Shown piece by piece: positions 60,002 through 64,000 of a stretch of DNA of 64,000 nt; the stretch's first letter is position 1; each line of letters opens with the position of its first letter. Origin of the DNA: Alphaproteobacteria bacterium (GTDB lineage: Bacteria > Pseudomonadota > Alphaproteobacteria > Rhizobiales > Rhodomicrobiaceae); the NCBI GenBank assembly GCA_037387425.1, contig JARRLC010000001.1, forward strand, positions 8,753 through 72,752, written 5' to 3'. The position numbers were made by a program, and so were the translations under genes. A model generated the notes under the pieces. It made no database searches, was not told the origin of the DNA, and was given only the letters and a program-made list of their open reading frames with translations.

Positions 60002-61600
60002 ATGTTCAGTATTGGCACCATTCTTTCTATTGTTGGCGGCGTTTCCGAAGCGATCAGCATTGCCAAGTTATTCGGCAGTACGCTGGCAAAAGGCGATGAC
60101 TCCAAGCGTGTGTTGAATGAGCTCGGTGGTATGAGAACCGAGATTAAGCGGCTCAGCGATAACATCCTCTATGCGCCGAGCGTTGAGGGACTGCGCGACA
60201 CAACTGGAGCGGCCCACCGTCCTATCGATTTGCGCGACGTACGATCATCGTTGGAGCCGGTGCAGGCGGCGCTGGGGGAGGAAATCGTTTCGTCCGGGCT
60301 GATCGCAACACCGGATAAAATGGAATGCGCCATGCTCGCCAATCCGTGGGCGGTGCTGGAAGATATCCGCCCGCAGCACTTAGCGGTGCGTCCATCCAAT
60401 CCCGACAAGGCGCCGGTGCTGTTCGAGCATAATGGCGTGCGCTATATCGGTTGGCAAATGCGCGGAGCCTTGCCGCAGTTATTTGATTGCGAACTGCATG
60501 ATCTGCCAGGGCTGGGCACTTCGCTGACGCCGAGTACGCCTAGTATATCGAGCATGAAACTGCCGCCGATTTCTAACTCTACTGGTAGCGAGTTGATCCT
60601 ACCACCGCCAGCACCCACTGAAAAACTCCGAATTGAAGGGCCTGATATTGGGAAAGATACGCCCAGTGCAGGCGTGAGTATCCCAAGGCAGCAGAACACA
60701 AAACAACCAATCCATACTTTTACGGAACATGGCGGTATGGTTCACTCAGCCGCTTTCTCTCCGGATGGCCGCACCATCCTTTCCGGGAGTTGGGACAACA
60801 CGTTGAAACTTTGGGAAGTGGGCACAAACCGGGAGCTACTCACATTCGAGGGGCATACTGGCTGGGTTCATTCTGTTGCTTTTTCTCCGGATGGCCGCAC
60901 CGTTCTTTCCGGCAGCGCCGACAAAATGCTCATATTATGGGATGCAACTTCAAGTCGGATACTGCACACCTTCTCGGGACATACCGCCCCTATCCTTTCG
61001 GTCGCCTTCTCACCTGATGGCCGTACCGTTCTCTCCGGCAGCCAAGACAAAAAACTGAAACTCTGGGATGTGGAGACAGGCAAAGTAATACGTACCTTTT
61101 CGGGGCATAGCGAGATGGTTACCTCAGTTACTTTCATGCCTGATGGATTCGCTTCCCTTTCCAGTAGCGCTGATAAGACGCTAAAACTTTGGGATGTGGG
61201 CACAGGAAAAGTATTACGCACCCTTAAAGGGCATATTGATCTTGTCTTCTCAGCCGTCTTTTCCCCTGATGGCCGCACTGCTCTTTCCGGCAGCGCCGAC
61301 AAGACGTTAAAACTCTGGGATGTGGTTGCCGAGCAAGAACTACGCACTTTCACTGGACACAGTAGCAATGTTACCTCGGTTGCTCTCTCCCCGGATAACC
61401 GAACCGCCCTCTCAGGCAGCAAGGACATGACAATCGCACTCTGGGATGTGGTCGCGGGCCGGGAGCTGTGCACCTTCAAAGGGCATACTGGCTCGGTCTA
61501 TTCAGTGGCCTTTTCCCCTGATGGCCGTATGGCCCTTTCTGGCAGCAAGGATGAGACGATGAAACTTTGGGATCTGACGCCCTACTTGCCCCGCAGCTGA
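60002..61600 (+). CDS. WD40-repeat protein with an unassigned ~165-aa N-terminal domain and a P/S/T-rich linker
   Basis: Seven consecutive WD40 units (H..V.SVAFSPDGRT.LSGS.DKTLKLWDV) from codon 243 onward. The N-terminus MFSIGTILSIVGGVSEAISIAKLFG... is unrecognised. No P-loop is present. Confidence 0.85.
   Translation: MFSIGTILSIVGGVSEAISIAKLFGSTLAKGDDSKRVLNELGGMRTEIKRLSDNILYAPSVEGLRDTTGAAHRPIDLRDVRSSLEPVQAALGEEIVSSGLIATPDKMECAMLANPWAVLEDIRPQHLAVRPSNPDKAPVLFEHNGVRYIGWQMRGALPQLFDCELHDLPGLGTSLTPSTPSISSMKLPPISNSTGSELILPPPAPTEKLRIEGPDIGKDTPSAGVSIPRQQNTKQPIHTFTEHGGMVHSAAFSPDGRTILSGSWDNTLKLWEVGTNRELLTFEGHTGWVHSVAFSPDGRTVLSGSADKMLILWDATSSRILHTFSGHTAPILSVAFSPDGRTVLSGSQDKKLKLWDVETGKVIRTFSGHSEMVTSVTFMPDGFASLSSSADKTLKLWDVGTGKVLRTLKGHIDLVFSAVFSPDGRTALSGSADKTLKLWDVVAEQELRTFTGHSSNVTSVALSPDNRTALSGSKDMTIALWDVVAGRELCTFKGHTGSVYSVAFSPDGRMALSGSKDETMKLWDLTPYLPRS
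60728..61597 (+). repeat. Seven tandem 126-bp coding repeats (WD40 blades)
   Basis: A 126-nt periodicity is visible at DNA level (e.g. the recurring ttttctccggatggccgcacc / ttttcccctgatggccgcact and aaactttgggatgtgg / aaactctgggatgtgg). Confidence 0.9.
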
Positions 61601-61640
61601 CGATAGCCGCTATCAAACATGGGGGCATATCGTCCCCGCA

Positions 61641-63197
61641 TTAGACTTCCGGCGCTCGTTCCAGACGTCCGCCGTTTGTTAGCGCCATGACCAGCCCGAT
61701 AATCAGTCCCCCCAGCAAACCGGACGCATGCGCCGTGAAGCTGATTTCAGGGATGCTCAAATCAATACTGAACTGAACAAACACGATAACGAGCAGTAAC
61801 ATCAATTCCCGGCTGTCGAGAATGTCGCGCGATTTCAACCAGTTGAGCATCTGGCGCGAGGCTTCCAGCCCGAGGATAGCGAATATCGCGCCAGATGCCC
61901 CAATAAGCACCGCGTAGTGCGTTAGCCCAAACGCCATTGCCGCCAAAACGGCCAGCGAGGAAATCATTCCTCCCAATAGAAAGACCGTGAGCAAACGCAC
62001 TGAGCCCACAAGGTTTTCCACAATCCTGCCCACCAGAAACAACGATACGCTGTTCACCAGCACATGCAGCGTGCCGAAATGCAGAAATAGCGCCGTTCCG
62101 ATACGCCACCACTCGCCATTTTCAAGCAGCAGCGGCGGCCATAAAGCCCCCATTTCAATGAGTATGGTTGTGTCTTCCGTGCCATTGCGCAAAATCTCGA
62201 TAAAATACATCCCGACGATGACAGCCAGCAGCGAAAGCGTCGCAGGGATCTGGCGGAAATCTATCGCGTAACGCTGGGCGTTCAGGCGCAACCGTGCTTC
62301 GATATTGTCGGCCACCGCCGCCGTTTCAGGGCTGAGCGTAATCGGGGCGTCTCCTGGCGTTTGCACCAGCCGCCGCCTTGCCGCAACGCGCACACGCTCT
62401 TCGGTGCCGGTCTCCGCGATCTCGTGGAAAATCTGGCGCGCTTCGTCCGCCTCGTTGCCAGAGCTGAGCGCGGCGACAGCGGCCCAATAGGCTTTGGCGT
62501 CATCGGGCAGCATGTCAAGTTGATGCTGTATCATGAAGCCGACGCCTTCCAGCCGTCCGCAAAACGCCAACACGAAAAGCTGCGTGTGAAATAATTGCGC
62601 ACCGGAAAGCAGCGTTTTCGCTTGATTGTAAGCGTGCGCCATTTCGTCTAAACGTCCGATTTCGCCAAACGCACGCACCCGCAAAACCGCAACGTTAGGG
62701 TTAGTGTGCATGCCTTCGGTTGCTTTCAGCGCGCCTTCCCAGTCATCCCGTGCACGGCAAATCCAGCCGTGGACGATGGCTAGTTGTTCCGGAGTGGCGT
62801 TTTCCTCTAACTTTGAAAGCGCCGCAATGCTGGCTTCGCTATCAGTAATGGCGAGCGCTTGCATTAGCTCTGAATTGAAATGGCTTTGCTTCACCGGATG
62901 CAGAAAAGATGCTAACCGCGAATAAAATGCGGCGTCCTGCAAACGGTTTTGTGAGGCGCGTCGTCGTGCCATCGCTGAAAGAAGGGCAGGGACGAGCACT
63001 AACGGCACAGCCGCGCAGATCATAATTATGCCAGACCATGCGGGAAAAAAGTAAAGCGCTGCCGATCCTATCAGCACCAGTACTGCGTTGATCGTAATCC
63101 ACGCTTCGCCGCCTGAGCGCCGGGAAATCAAGGTGACTGCTACCGCCAGCAGCGACAGCATCATCAAATTAACAGTTATAAAAAACTGAATATCCAC
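61641..63197 (-). CDS. Rhomboid-family intramembrane serine protease with N-terminal TM segments and a TPR-like helical-repeat region
   Basis: C-terminal rhomboid core with LIGASGAIFAILG (catalytic Ser) and FTAHASGLLGGL (catalytic His). The central ~230 aa are helical-repeat-like. Confidence 0.82.
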   Translation of the reverse strand: MDIQFFITVNLMMLSLLAVAVTLISRRSGGEAWITINAVLVLIGSAALYFFPAWSGIIMICAAVPLVLVPALLSAMARRRASQNRLQDAAFYSRLASFLHPVKQSHFNSELMQALAITDSEASIAALSKLEENATPEQLAIVHGWICRARDDWEGALKATEGMHTNPNVAVLRVRAFGEIGRLDEMAHAYNQAKTLLSGAQLFHTQLFVLAFCGRLEGVGFMIQHQLDMLPDDAKAYWAAVAALSSGNEADEARQIFHEIAETGTEERVRVAARRRLVQTPGDAPITLSPETAAVADNIEARLRLNAQRYAIDFRQIPATLSLLAVIVGMYFIEILRNGTEDTTILIEMGALWPPLLLENGEWWRIGTALFLHFGTLHVLVNSVSLFLVGRIVENLVGSVRLLTVFLLGGMISSLAVLAAMAFGLTHYAVLIGASGAIFAILGLEASRQMLNWLKSRDILDSRELMLLLVIVFVQFSIDLSIPEISFTAHASGLLGGLIIGLVMALTNGGRLERAPEV

Positions 63198-63303
63198 GCC
63201 GTTACCAAGTGCTTGCCGCTAATTAATCAGAACACATGCCATAATAATTCTGGGGCAGGAAAATCAATTCTCCCGCCCCGGTTATACTACTGCTAATGGG
63301 TAG

Positions 63304-63789
63304 TTATAGCGACGCCAACAGCGTTTCAGCGTTGCTCGTTTCGGCCTTGGAGGCGTCTGCTTCAACGTTCAGAGCTTTAACCACGCCATTTTCCACGAGC
63401 ATTGAGTACCGCTTGGAGCGCAAGCCTAATCCCGCTGCCGATGCGTCCAGCTCAAGCCCCAGCGCCTTGGCCAGGTCTGCACTGCCGTCGGCCAGAAATG
63501 TGATGTTTGTTTCTGCTCCAGTTGCGGATGCCCAGGCGCGCATTACGAACGGATCGTTCACAGCGGTGCAAGCGATGAAATCCACGCCTTTGGCTTTGAA
63601 ATTATCGGCATTGAACAGAAAGCCCGGCAAGTGACTATTATGACAAGTCGGCGTAAACGCACCGGGAACCGCGAACATTACCGCGCGTTTTCCACCAAAC
63701 AATTCGGCAGTCGTTGTTTCCGTCACGCCATCTGGCGTTACCACGCGCAAGGCGACGTCTGGGAGAGGGCTGCCAATTGCAATCGTCAT
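63304..63789 (-). CDS. Peroxiredoxin (Prx5-like, AhpC/TSA family)
   Basis: MTIAIGSPLPDV...VPGAFTPTCHNSHLPGF. I place the start at cat 63787-63789; the track ORF extends to 63909. Confidence 0.88.
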   Translation of the reverse strand: MTIAIGSPLPDVALRVVTPDGVTETTTAELFGGKRAVMFAVPGAFTPTCHNSHLPGFLFNADNFKAKGVDFIACTAVNDPFVMRAWASATGAETNITFLADGSADLAKALGLELDASAAGLGLRSKRYSMLVENGVVKALNVEADASKAETSNAETLLASL

Positions 63790-64000
63790 GAATGTTCCTT
63801 TCGTAAATTGAGGGATTAGATTACATGCCTCACAAAAGAGGCGATAACCTATTCTATGTGATTTGAAGTGCTTCGTTGTAAGAAAACAAGTGGCACACAA
63901 ACGTATCACGCTGATGTGAGGTCACATACATGGCCACATATATGGTGATTTTTATCGGCATCAAGCTCTTAATACTCTACACAGATGCCACTAGTACGCC

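Overview
This is a chromosomal window from an alphaproteobacterium. Gene content and synteny look Rhizobiales/Hyphomicrobiales-like, but a finer assignment needs a database search. I count about 60 protein-coding genes, and nearly all are conserved housekeeping genes. In order they are: mnmG(partial)-mnmE with an inserted secreted Pro/Cys-rich ORF; argG; a solitary hisF; two MCP chemoreceptors; an IS21-type IstB remnant; a SciP-like DUF1153 regulator; a MerR-headed beta-oxidation cluster (thiolase, hydroxyacyl-CoA dehydrogenase, acyl-CoA dehydrogenase, acyl-CoA ligase); a GAF-HTH regulator / aldehyde dehydrogenase / DUF779 trio; purN; the F1 operon atpHAGDC; a duplicated DUF2059 periplasmic protein; an Rrf2-sufB-(cupin)-sufC-sufD-(rhodanese)-sufS-sufT operon; holB-metG; the conserved Smr-MltA-Tim44 / FxsA / SecB / DnaQ-CoaE-AroE-Maf-DUF299 block; hemE-hemJ-rho; an ABC exporter; the ATPase zeta inhibitor; mutY; class I lysyl-tRNA synthetase; and a TerB / WD40 / rhomboid-TPR neighbourhood ending in a Prx5-type peroxiredoxin. 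I saw no rRNA, tRNA, CRISPR array or intact mobile element. The observations most worth a second look are these. (1) The AT-rich DUF299/hemE intergenic region is the expected chromosomal origin. (2) A roughly 50-kb origin-containing inversion appears to separate rho from mnmE. (3) Two non-canonical genes, a cupin and a rhodanese, sit inside the suf operon. (4) A WD40 protein has an unrecognised N-terminal module and no NTPase, and it lies next to TerB and a TPR-rhomboid. I do not see a clear-cut novel multi-gene system. The WD40 locus and the suf accessory genes are the best candidates, and both remain hypotheses.
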